Below, piece by piece: positions 9,020 through 20,140 of a DNA stretch of 24,694 bases; within the stretch, counting starts at the first letter, position 1; each line of letters opens with the position of its first letter. This DNA comes from Azolla caroliniana (lineage: Eukaryota > Plantae > Polypodiophyta). The stretch is from contig JBHGNT010000453.1 in assembly GCA_043228905.1 (NCBI GenBank), forward strand, positions 1 to 24,694. The letters run 5' to 3'. Under the pieces are notes generated by a model that searched no databases, was not told the DNA's origin, and worked only from the letters and a program-made list of their open reading frames with translations. The position numbers and the translations under genes were made by a program.

Positions 9020-10925
9020 ATTTGTTTGATTACCAAATGGAGGAAAACTTTTTTATGATGAATGTAGAGGTTAAATGTAATAATTTCTCAAAAACAAAAC
9101 CTAAAAACCTAAAAACCTAAAAGCAAAACCACCAATGAGTGTTTTTCTAGAACTAACACATATGTGGCTTTAATATTCTTAACTCGGTAGGAATAAAAGT
9201 TTTCAATTGCATTGGAAACAAAGCAAATGCTAAAACATTATGGAATAAACTTGAAACTTGATCATCTTTTAAGACATGTAATAATAAGTTGTGTTCGCTT
9301 AGGAAAACCACGTACTTGACTTACAAAGAGTTTAACTCCATTTCTGATCAATTGAATCAATTGTTTGGCATGCATGTTAAACTTGATGATAATATTCTTG
9401 CTCTTTGGTTGCTTAACATACTTCCTACTTTGTGGGAAATGTTTAGACTCATGTCAAGTTGACTAATGCTACTCACAATGGAACCATGCATCCAATAGTA
9501 ATAAAGAATAGACGGGGTGTAGATGATAGAGCTTATCATGTTAATGTAAAACTAAATCTAAAACCACAAATCCAGTAGTAATCATCAACAAATGGGTGAA
9601 GATGATAGAACTCATTGTGTTAATGCAACTTCTTTAAATGAGTGGCTTGTTTTTTATGATGAGAACATGATAAATTTTGCTTGCCAGGGAATTGATTGGG
9701 TTGTTGACAATAATGGATAATTTCATATCAATGATAAAAAAGAGTTAGTTCTTCACATCCTATACTTGACACTTTGGAGTCATGAAGGTAAATGATGGAC
9801 AATCAAAGGTAGTAGATACCATAATTGTTTATTTGGAGTCCAACTCAAGAGCAAGTTGATCCGCAAGGAGTTGAAGTATGTACAAATATAAGGTAACCTT
9901 TTATCTCCAAAGGTAAGTTAGATGATAATGTACATTTGCATATCTTTAATGAGGGTCAATGGAAGTACATTCAAAGTTCCTAGCTGGTGGCTCATGATAA
10001 GAAATCTTCTATTTTTTGAAAGCCTCTACTTCAACAAATCTTGTAAATGTGATTGAAAGCACATGCATATAAAAATAATGAAATAAAAGGTTGTCTCACA
10101 TTCGCATGAACTTTGCATCACAAATCTTTTGCAAGTGAGGCTTTGAATACCATTACATATGTTATTGGTATATTTCCTATTATTGCACTATACAGTGATG
10201 TTCCTACTATTTCATTGTAGTTTGGTATGGTAAGGATGTTTCTTATGGTCATTTACATGTGCTTGGTTGTAATTTTTTTGTGTAGGAACATAACGATGAA
10301 AGGTCTAAGAAGAATTTGGTTGTAAACTTATATGTATTATGAGTCATGAAAAATAAGCTTATTAGGAGGCATAATGTAGGTTGAGGATCAAACCATTTAA
10401 ATTATTGACAAGGTCAAAGAAATTCCTACAACTGACAATGCTACAGATGGAGATGTTTCTCAACAAGAGTAAGAACATGAGGATGTTAGTGAGCCATGAT
10501 AGGTTAATGCTAATCACAATATTGTTTTATTACAAATACATGTTAACAAGGGGGAGTGAACATAATTACAAGAGGTGATTAATAAACAAGCTAGAAGGTC
10601 TACCACAAGAACAGACAACCATCCATGAAGTATTTTAGTTTTGATTGTATATTAATTATTGAAGATCTATAGACTTTTAATATTGTGCAAGGCCAGAAAG
10701 ATAAAGATAGCTGGATAAAAGTTATGCATGATGAGATTAACTCTTTGAGAATGAATATAGCATCTTTGTGTTAGTTGACTTTTAATAATGGGGAGGGCCA
10801 GAAAGATAAAGATAGTTGGATAAAAGTTATGCATGATGAAATTAACTCTTTTTGAGGGAGAATAACACCTTTGAGTTAGTTAGTTCTTAACGGAAGAAAC
10901 GCTTTGAAAAGTAAGTGGATTGTTA
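9020..10925 (+). mobile_element. Heavily decayed Ty1/Copia gag-PR-INT-(RT start) remnant (unit 1)
   Basis: Gag ANAKTLWNKLET, NNKL...YKEFNSISDQLNQL and KLDDNILALWLLNILPTLWEMFR. Protease-like DWVVDNNG*FHI. Integrase EALNT and VWYGKDVSYGHLHVLGC, DERSK. RT-leader WIKVMHDEINSL, ENNTFELV and NALKSKWI. Large internal deletions. Confidence 0.8.
10691..10895 (+). repeat. ~105-bp local duplication within the Copia remnant; also at 17643-17847
   Basis: GGCCAGAAAGATAAAGATAG.TGGATAAAAGTTATGCATGATGA at 10691 and 10796. Confidence 0.85.
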
Positions 10926-11018
10926 ATTATGTGCATGTTAGTATGCCATGTAGTATTTGTTTGAACTTCGAACAGTTACATTGGGTTTGAATTCTATGAT
11001 TCAATGTATTCATCCAAG

Positions 11019-11924
11019 TTAAAGGCGTAGGAAGAGAGACCTAAGGACCGACCCAAGGAGAGCATTGTCATCCTTCAAATACTCCTCATACACTCGCACA
11101 CAATAGGCTTGCCTGCTTTTCAACTCTTCCTCGGAAATCGCCCGGAGTGCCGGCAGTATGCTGCCCATTTCCGTCGTCCCGAACCTCAACGCGCACCGAC
11201 CCCACTTGATCATCAACTTGCCATTTCCCAATGGCTCCACGTAATTGTCGGCCACGATAACTGGGATCGTTCCGGCGCTCATCACCTCAATGATCCTATA
11301 GGACGATGACGACCTCCCCGCTGGTGCTAGGCCAAAGGTCGAATTCATTAGCTCCTCGTACGTGTACTTCCTGAATGTGGCCTCATCATCATCGCACCCG
11401 GCATTCAGATGCGGACATCGTATGCGAATCCTGTTGTTTGTCGGCTGATTGCACGAGACCACAACTATCACATCCCGCCCATTGTGTAAGGAGCGGAACG
11501 ACGGATCACCGCGGAAATTGCCTTCCTTGTTTCCGATATAGCGTGTGCCTTGGAATGTAAGGAAATATTTGCGCGCCCGGGGTGGGAGCGGTGCGAGATG
11601 CCGGAAGTGAGACAGGCCAGGCAACGGGATGGCGACGTCGAATCCAGGGCGAAATGACGTCAGCTCAAGACACGATGCGGCGATAGAGGCCATTCCAATG
11701 GAGGCAGGATTGGCAATGATATCTGTGTGCAACTTGTCGGCCAAGGATGTGATCACGTGATTTAATCCCCCGTTCCAATGCGGCAAAGAGCGAAACGGGC
11801 GTCGCCATTCTTCCGAGAGCTCGAGCAGGAGTGGAACAAGGAGAATGCATGCAGACTCCGGATCATCTAATTCCCCATGCCAGAGTGCTATTTTGACATC
11901 CAATTGCTCTATTTCCAGATTCAT
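11019..11924 (-). CDS. Chimeric ORF, 301 aa from the first ATG: ~20 aa Copia RT stub fused to an N-truncated exostosin-family (GT47, EXT1-like) glycosyltransferase
   Basis: [20 protein letters not shown] (Copia RT), then DPESACILLVP, HWNGGLNHV, FRPGFDVAIPL, RKYFLTFQGTRY, LHNGRDVIVVVSC, NSTFGLAPAGR, SYRIIEVMSAGTIPVIVAD, matching exostosin motifs. Open and intronless. The ORF track start at 11978 is a TTG. Confidence 0.8.
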   Translation of the reverse strand: MNLEIEQLDVKIALWHGELDDPESACILLVPLLLELSEEWRRPFRSLPHWNGGLNHVITSLADKLHTDIIANPASIGMASIAASCLELTSFRPGFDVAIPLPGLSHFRHLAPLPPRARKYFLTFQGTRYIGNKEGNFRGDPSFRSLHNGRDVIVVVSCNQPTNNRIRIRCPHLNAGCDDDEATFRKYTYEELMNSTFGLAPAGRSSSSYRIIEVMSAGTIPVIVADNYVEPLGNGKLMIKWGRCALRFGTTEMGSILPALRAISEEELKSRQAYCVRVYEEYLKDDNALLGSVLRSLFLRL

Positions 11925-13188
11925 AGAATACGTGTAGAATATGTTAAATACTTCTTTAATTTTAATTATCTTTTTCAATTTAAAAAAAAATAAATTCCAT
12001 ATTTGTTTTTGAAATTTTAAATACTTGTTAAATACGTAGAATATCTCACATTCTTAAAATACATAGAATACATGAAAATATGGAAAAATGGTAGTCCTAA
12101 AACGTAGAATACGTGTGGAACATTTCAAAGTATTCTAAAACGTATTCTAAACGTAGAATACAAGTTTTTAACAACTATGCCTTATTTAAACATCGAGAAT
12201 CAGTGCTTTGAAATATGAATATCTCTTCTTAGGAAGGAGACATACATCCAAAAAAATTTTGTACTTAGGTTCCATGGGTCAATATTGGCCTGTCTATGGA
12301 CACAAAAAATATCTATCTATTTAGCCTCCTCGAACATTGTCAAATAGGATTGGAGACTTCCCCTTACTACAATGTAGGCTAAATGTGCCACAAAGATGTA
12401 TTTGTGGAAGGCAAATTTTGACCCTTGCACCTTTAATTTAAGTACAATGCATTGTATTTACCAATTGGGTAACTAGTATTGAGTGTTTAATTTCTAATTA
12501 ATACATAGTCAAAAACCACTAAAACAAAGCCACACTCACAAATCCATGACCCATCCTTTCTGGTTCAAGTCCTCTCTCGTCTGGCTCATATTTCCTTTGC
12601 GCATGTATAACTTCGCGACAACGTTGGCTATATGAGTATAACAATTACAACTCCCTACAATAGGTTTGGTGGCCTTGCGTAACTGGTTCAAGTCCTCTCT
12701 AGTCTTCCTCGCATTTCCTTTGTGCACATATAACGTTGTGACAACGTTGGCTATATGAATATAACAACAAAAACTCGCTAAAATAAGTTTGGTGGCCTCA
12801 CTTAATTAGCTATTGCATTTTATGAGTTAAACCCTTCTTAGTCAATTTGCTACTAGATGTGTATATTAGTTAATGAAAAAATATTCGAAACAATTCTAGC
12901 TAATTTGCTACTAAATGTCCTCTCTTAACTAATTAGATACTAGACATTATACTTTGCCAAACTAGTCTTAACTAATTAGCTATTAACTATCAGTTGTAGG
13001 ATGTGTATATGTTGGCTAAGATAGCCTTCTTAGTCAATTCGCTACTAGATGTGTATATTAGTTAATGAAAAACTATTCGAAACAATTCTAGCTAATTTGC
13101 TTCTAAATGTCCTCTCTTAATTAGTTAGATACTAGACATTATCACTTTGCCGAAGTAGCCTTAACTAATTAGCTATTACCTGTTAGTT

Positions 13189-15254
13189 GTATTAGAGTGG
13201 CAAATTCCACGTTCGTTGCGAGATGTGCAATGTTTTTTAGGATTCGCAAATTTCTATCGCAAGTTTATATAGGACTACTCAAAGCTTATTTTGCCGCTCA
13301 CACAACTTACAAAGAAGGGGCAATAATTTGTTTGGACAAAGGAAGCGGACACGACTTTTGAGGGTCTCAAGAAAGCATTTACATCGGCTCCTATTCTAAC
13401 TCATGTTGATCCGCAAAAACCATTCATCAATGAGGCAAGCGTGTTAGATTTTGCCCTCGGTAGTATTTTGTCACATCAAGGGGACGATGAGAAGGCTTTT
13501 TTTAGAAGGATATCCTCATCAAGTCACTGTATTTAGTGATCACAAGAATCTTGCCTACTTCCAGAATGCTTGCATATTAAATAGACGACAAGCTCGGTGG
13601 GCCCCGTTCCTCACTCGTTTCGACTTCAAGATTACATATCGTCCGGGCAAGCAATGGGGGAAGGTAGATGCATTATCACGACGCTCATATCTAGCTTGTC
13701 ATCCTGGTGATCCGACCTTCGACAATCAAAAGCAAGTAATCCTGGGACCGACACAACTTCAAGCAACATGGGTTTTTGACACTCAATTGGATTCCCGCAT
13801 TATCGATACCATACACGAAGATTTGAAGTCAGATGTTTTCGCTCAAGCTATTGTAGATCAAATTGATCCCTCTTGGGCATCTTGTTCATGGTCACCACAA
13901 CCAGGTACAGATTGTCGACAATTCCAATGTCACGATGGATTACTCTTATTTAAGAAACTTTTGTATGTTCCCAATGGTTCATGTCGCCTTTGAATAGTAC
14001 AAAATTGTCATGACACATACCCAACCAGACATTTTGGTAGTACTAAAACGTTGGATTTAGTATAACGATCATTTTGGTGGCCTTATATGCGAAGATTTGT
14101 CGAAGACTATGTTCGGACATGTGATACATGTTGTAGAGCGAAGATGCCTAGGAATCATCCACATGGTTTGTTGGAGCCATTACCGATCCCAAGCAAACCG
14201 TGACAATCTATTCCTCTGGATTTTATCACAGATCTTCTAGATTCGAAGGGCTTTAATGCGATCTTAATAGTGGTAGATTGATATACTAAGATGGCACATT
14301 TTGTGCCCTGTACTAAAGAAATCATGGTCTTCCCGACAGGAATTGTTATGCGTGAAGTATTTCGGCATCATGGTCTTCCCAATAGTATCATCAATGATCG
14401 TGGACCTCAATTCGTCTCTAAATTTTGGAAGCATCTCTTCAAAATGCTCAAGGTCACCTGCAATCTCTCCTTCGGCTACCATCCCCAAACAGATGCACAA
14501 GCAGAATGTACCAATCAAATGCTGGAATAGTATCTTCGGTGTTTCCTAAGCTATCAACAAGATGATTGGATAGATATTCTCCACTTTGTTGAATTTTCTT
14601 ATAATAATTTTATCCACTCCTCTACTAGGGTTACACCATTCTATGCTTATATAGGCTATCATCCTTGTTGGTGTGCAAAACTCCTGAGTTCCCCACAAAT
14701 CCTAGTGCAGAGGATCATTTGGGGTGGCTACGACGAATTCAGGTAGAACTATCTACCCACCTACATCACACCCAACAAACACTGAAGGATTATGCGGATC
14801 GTCATTAGCTTCCATCCTATTTTGGTATTGGAGATAGAGTATGGCTATTATGACGACACATCAAGATTACTCGACCATGTGACAAACTGGATTATCGACG
14901 GTTAGGCCCTTTCCGTATTAACGAAAAAATTAGTGATGTCACTTTTTGCCTAGATCTACCTCTGCAACTACGGATACATCTGGTATTTCATATTCTCTTC
15001 TAGAACCCTATCAAGACAACACTATTCCCAATCGTATTATACCACCTCCACCCCCGATCGAATTTGAAGATGGACATGAGTACGAGGTTGCTGCCATCCT
15101 CGATTCCAAGATTGTTCACAACAAGCTCTACAATTTGGTCTATTGGCTAGGCTATAGTCTAAGCAAGCATACTTGGGAACCAATAGAGAATGTGGTCAAT
15201 GCTCGAGCACTTCTTGAAAATTTCCATCGTCAATTTCCAGACAAACCAGGTCCT
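13189..15254 (+). mobile_element. Chromovirus pol 3' half pseudogene (unit 2 copy)
   Basis: Copy of 6237-8302 at +6952. Confidence 0.95.
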
Positions 15255-15663
15255 TGTGTGCACATCTTATCTTAATACACCCATTCTTCTCTAATAATCT
15301 CGTTCCTTTCTTCTTCTATTCTCTTTATATCCTTCTTCCATCACTCTATCTTTTACACTATTCCGATAGTTTGATTTGAGTTTATTTGAGAATACTTGTA
15401 TGTCTCTATTTAAAGGTTCCTATAGAATAGTCTAGATATTTTTGTAATGTTCTAGAATGTTCTAGACCTATAATATTCTTGTCATGATATGGCATGGTAT
15501 GGCTCCAAAAGGATTTCAACCCATGACCTCATGTTACATGGGTTGAACCCCTACCATTAAACTATGCATTGTAATACAAAAAATATTATTTTCATTGTTA
15601 GTCTTAAGCTTCTTAGTTGTTCTTGTATCTTTCTTCATATAATATACTTCTTGGTGTCATCAT

Positions 15664-15694
<31 letters not shown>

Positions 15695-15971
15695 CTTCTC
15701 TCGTGAGTTCCACACACTCCCTTCCTCTTATTACTAATCCTCATAGTACTTTCCTCCTCTATCTCTAGTACGAATTCCCTCTATGTCTTTAGTACTATTC
15801 TTGACAATTCTAAGATGTTCTAGGATATTCTAGAACATTCTAGAATGTTCTAGACTTTTACAATGATCAATATATATTATTAAAGGTAGCTTTTATTATT
15901 TTTATATGACAATAAGCTATCTTAATGGTTCAAGTCCAGGTGAAGCCATGATGTTCATGTCATGTTTTAAC

Positions 15972-17877
15972 ATTTGTTTGATTACCAAATGGAGGAAAAC
16001 TTTTTTATGATGAATGTAGAGGTTAAATGTAATAATTTCTCAAAAACAAAACCTAAAAACCTAAAAACCTAAAAGCAAAACCACCAATGAGTGTTTTTCT
16101 AGAACTAACACATATGTGGCTTTAATATTCTTAACTCGGTAGGAATAAAAGTTTTCAATTGCATTGGAAACAAAGCAAATGCTAAAACATTATGGAATAA
16201 ACTTGAAACTTGATCATCTTTTAAGACATGTAATAATAAGTTGTGTTCGCTTAGGAAAACCACGTACTTGACTTACAAAGAGTTTAACTCCATTTCTGAT
16301 CAATTGAATCAATTGTTTGGCATGCATGTTAAACTTGATGATAATATTCTTGCTCTTTGGTTGCTTAACATACTTCCTACTTTGTGGGAAATGTTTAGAC
16401 TCATGTCAAGTTGACTAATGCTACTCACAATGGAACCATGCATCCAATAGTAATAAAGAATAGACGGGGTGTAGATGATAGAGCTTATCATGTTAATGTA
16501 AAACTAAATCTAAAACCACAAATCCAGTAGTAATCATCAACAAATGGGTGAAGATGATAGAACTCATTGTGTTAATGCAACTTCTTTAAATGAGTGGCTT
16601 GTTTTTTATGATGAGAACATGATAAATTTTGCTTGCCAGGGAATTGATTGGGTTGTTGACAATAATGGATAATTTCATATCAATGATAAAAAAGAGTTAG
16701 TTCTTCACATCCTATACTTGACACTTTGGAGTCATGAAGGTAAATGATGGACAATCAAAGGTAGTAGATACCATAATTGTTTATTTGGAGTCCAACTCAA
16801 GAGCAAGTTGATCCGCAAGGAGTTGAAGTATGTACAAATATAAGGTAACCTTTTATCTCCAAAGGTAAGTTAGATGATAATGTACATTTGCATATCTTTA
16901 ATGAGGGTCAATGGAAGTACATTCAAAGTTCCTAGCTGGTGGCTCATGATAAGAAATCTTCTATTTTTTGAAAGCCTCTACTTCAACAAATCTTGTAAAT
17001 GTGATTGAAAGCACATGCATATAAAAATAATGAAATAAAAGGTTGTCTCACATTCGCATGAACTTTGCATCACAAATCTTTTGCAAGTGAGGCTTTGAAT
17101 ACCATTACATATGTTATTGGTATATTTCCTATTATTGCACTATACAGTGATGTTCCTACTATTTCATTGTAGTTTGGTATGGTAAGGATGTTTCTTATGG
17201 TCATTTACATGTGCTTGGTTGTAATTTTTTTGTGTAGGAACATAACGATGAAAGGTCTAAGAAGAATTTGGTTGTAAACTTATATGTATTATGAGTCATG
17301 AAAAATAAGCTTATTAGGAGGCATAATGTAGGTTGAGGATCAAACCATTTAAATTATTGACAAGGTCAAAGAAATTCCTACAACTGACAATGCTACAGAT
17401 GGAGATGTTTCTCAACAAGAGTAAGAACATGAGGATGTTAGTGAGCCATGATAGGTTAATGCTAATCACAATATTGTTTTATTACAAATACATGTTAACA
17501 AGGGGGAGTGAACATAATTACAAGAGGTGATTAATAAACAAGCTAGAAGGTCTACCACAAGAACAGACAACCATCCATGAAGTATTTTAGTTTTGATTGT
17601 ATATTAATTATTGAAGATCTATAGACTTTTAATATTGTGCAAGGCCAGAAAGATAAAGATAGCTGGATAAAAGTTATGCATGATGAGATTAACTCTTTGA
17701 GAATGAATATAGCATCTTTGTGTTAGTTGACTTTTAATAATGGGGAGGGCCAGAAAGATAAAGATAGTTGGATAAAAGTTATGCATGATGAAATTAACTC
17801 TTTTTGAGGGAGAATAACACCTTTGAGTTAGTTAGTTCTTAACGGAAGAAACGCTTTGAAAAGTAAGTGGATTGTTA
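15972..17877 (+). mobile_element. Decayed Copia remnant (unit 2 copy)
   Basis: Copy of 9020-10925 at +6952. Confidence 0.8.
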
Positions 17878-17970
17878 ATTATGTGCATGTTAGTATGCCA
17901 TGTAGTATTTGTTTGAACTTCGAACAGTTACATTGGGTTTGAATTCTATGATTCAATGTATTCATCCAAG

Positions 17971-18876
17971 TTAAAGGCGTAGGAAGAGAGACCTAAGGAC
18001 CGACCCAAGGAGAGCATTGTCATCCTTCAAATACTCCTCATACACTCGCACACAATAGGCTTGCCTGCTTTTCAACTCTTCCTCGGAAATCGCCCGGAGT
18101 GCCGGCAGTATGCTGCCCATTTCCGTCGTCCCGAACCTCAACGCGCACCGACCCCACTTGATCATCAACTTGCCATTTCCCAATGGCTCCACGTAATTGT
18201 CGGCCACGATAACTGGGATCGTTCCGGCGCTCATCACCTCAATGATCCTATAGGACGATGACGACCTCCCCGCTGGTGCTAGGCCAAAGGTCGAATTCAT
18301 TAGCTCCTCGTACGTGTACTTCCTGAATGTGGCCTCATCATCATCGCACCCGGCATTCAGATGCGGACATCGTATGCGAATCCTGTTGTTTGTCGGCTGA
18401 TTGCACGAGACCACAACTATCACATCCCGCCCATTGTGTAAGGAGCGGAACGACGGATCACCGCGGAAATTGCCTTCCTTGTTTCCGATATAGCGTGTGC
18501 CTTGGAATGTAAGGAAATATTTGCGCGCCCGGGGTGGGAGCGGTGCGAGATGCCGGAAGTGAGACAGGCCAGGCAACGGGATGGCGACGTCGAATCCAGG
18601 GCGAAATGACGTCAGCTCAAGACACGATGCGGCGATAGAGGCCATTCCAATGGAGGCAGGATTGGCAATGATATCTGTGTGCAACTTGTCGGCCAAGGAT
18701 GTGATCACGTGATTTAATCCCCCGTTCCAATGCGGCAAAGAGCGAAACGGGCGTCGCCATTCTTCCGAGAGCTCGAGCAGGAGTGGAACAAGGAGAATGC
18801 ATGCAGACTCCGGATCATCTAATTCCCCATGCCAGAGTGCTATTTTGACATCCAATTGCTCTATTTCCAGATTCAT
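17971..18876 (-). CDS. Chimeric Copia-RT/exostosin (GT47) ORF, second copy
   Basis: Identical translation at +6952, spanning the unit 2/3 junction at 18814/18815. Confidence 0.8.
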   Translation of the reverse strand: MNLEIEQLDVKIALWHGELDDPESACILLVPLLLELSEEWRRPFRSLPHWNGGLNHVITSLADKLHTDIIANPASIGMASIAASCLELTSFRPGFDVAIPLPGLSHFRHLAPLPPRARKYFLTFQGTRYIGNKEGNFRGDPSFRSLHNGRDVIVVVSCNQPTNNRIRIRCPHLNAGCDDDEATFRKYTYEELMNSTFGLAPAGRSSSSYRIIEVMSAGTIPVIVADNYVEPLGNGKLMIKWGRCALRFGTTEMGSILPALRAISEEELKSRQAYCVRVYEEYLKDDNALLGSVLRSLFLRL

Positions 18877-20140
18877 AGAATACGTGTAGAATATGTTAAA
18901 TACTTCTTTAATTTTAATTATCTTTTTCAATTTAAAAAAAAATAAATTCCATATTTGTTTTTGAAATTTTAAATACTTGTTAAATACGTAGAATATCTCA
19001 CATTCTTAAAATACATAGAATACATGAAAATATGGAAAAATGGTAGTCCTAAAACGTAGAATACGTGTGGAACATTTCAAAGTATTCTAAAACGTATTCT
19101 AAACGTAGAATACAAGTTTTTAACAACTATGCCTTATTTAAACATCGAGAATCAGTGCTTTGAAATATGAATATCTCTTCTTAGGAAGGAGACATACATC
19201 CAAAAAAATTTTGTACTTAGGTTCCATGGGTCAATATTGGCCTGTCTATGGACACAAAAAATATCTATCTATTTAGCCTCCTCGAACATTGTCAAATAGG
19301 ATTGGAGACTTCCCCTTACTACAATGTAGGCTAAATGTGCCACAAAGATGTATTTGTGGAAGGCAAATTTTGACCCTTGCACCTTTAATTTAAGTACAAT
19401 GCATTGTATTTACCAATTGGGTAACTAGTATTGAGTGTTTAATTTCTAATTAATACATAGTCAAAAACCACTAAAACAAAGCCACACTCACAAATCCATG
19501 ACCCATCCTTTCTGGTTCAAGTCCTCTCTCGTCTGGCTCATATTTCCTTTGCGCATGTATAACTTCGCGACAACGTTGGCTATATGAGTATAACAATTAC
19601 AACTCCCTACAATAGGTTTGGTGGCCTTGCGTAACTGGTTCAAGTCCTCTCTAGTCTTCCTCGCATTTCCTTTGTGCACATATAACGTTGTGACAACGTT
19701 GGCTATATGAATATAACAACAAAAACTCGCTAAAATAAGTTTGGTGGCCTCACTTAATTAGCTATTGCATTTTATGAGTTAAACCCTTCTTAGTCAATTT
19801 GCTACTAGATGTGTATATTAGTTAATGAAAAAATATTCGAAACAATTCTAGCTAATTTGCTACTAAATGTCCTCTCTTAACTAATTAGATACTAGACATT
19901 ATACTTTGCCAAACTAGTCTTAACTAATTAGCTATTAACTATCAGTTGTAGGATGTGTATATGTTGGCTAAGATAGCCTTCTTAGTCAATTCGCTACTAG
20001 ATGTGTATATTAGTTAATGAAAAACTATTCGAAACAATTCTAGCTAATTTGCTTCTAAATGTCCTCTCTTAATTAGTTAGATACTAGACATTATCACTTT
20101 GCCGAAGTAGCCTTAACTAATTAGCTATTACCTGTTAGTT

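Larger units (their letters stand above)
4911..11862 (+). repeat. Tandem array unit 1 (6952 bp)
   Basis: TCATCTAATTCCCCATGCC begins at 4911, 11863 and 18815. All ORFs recur at +6952 and +13904. Confidence 0.98.
11863..18814 (+). repeat. Tandem array unit 2 (6952 bp)
   Basis: Exact-offset copy of unit 1 with identical ORF translations. Confidence 0.98.

Noticed and set aside
9097-9122. (CCTAAAAA)3 telomere-like repeat
   Set aside because: Only three copies, not TTTAGGG, and located in Copia gag-derived sequence. Likely slippage.
10926-11018. Retrogene poly(A) tail after the exostosin stop
   Set aside because: No poly(A)/poly(T) tract or TSD is visible, so retroposition is unsupported beyond the lack of introns.
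11109-11850. Small overlapping ORFs in and antisense to the exostosin
   Set aside because: Shadow ORFs expected in GC-rich coding DNA.
11925-11978. N-terminal extension [18 protein letters not shown] in the 319-aa and 91-aa ORFs
   Set aside because: Starts at TTG in AT-rich non-coding repeat. The first ATG is at 11924 (4972 in the Copia copy).
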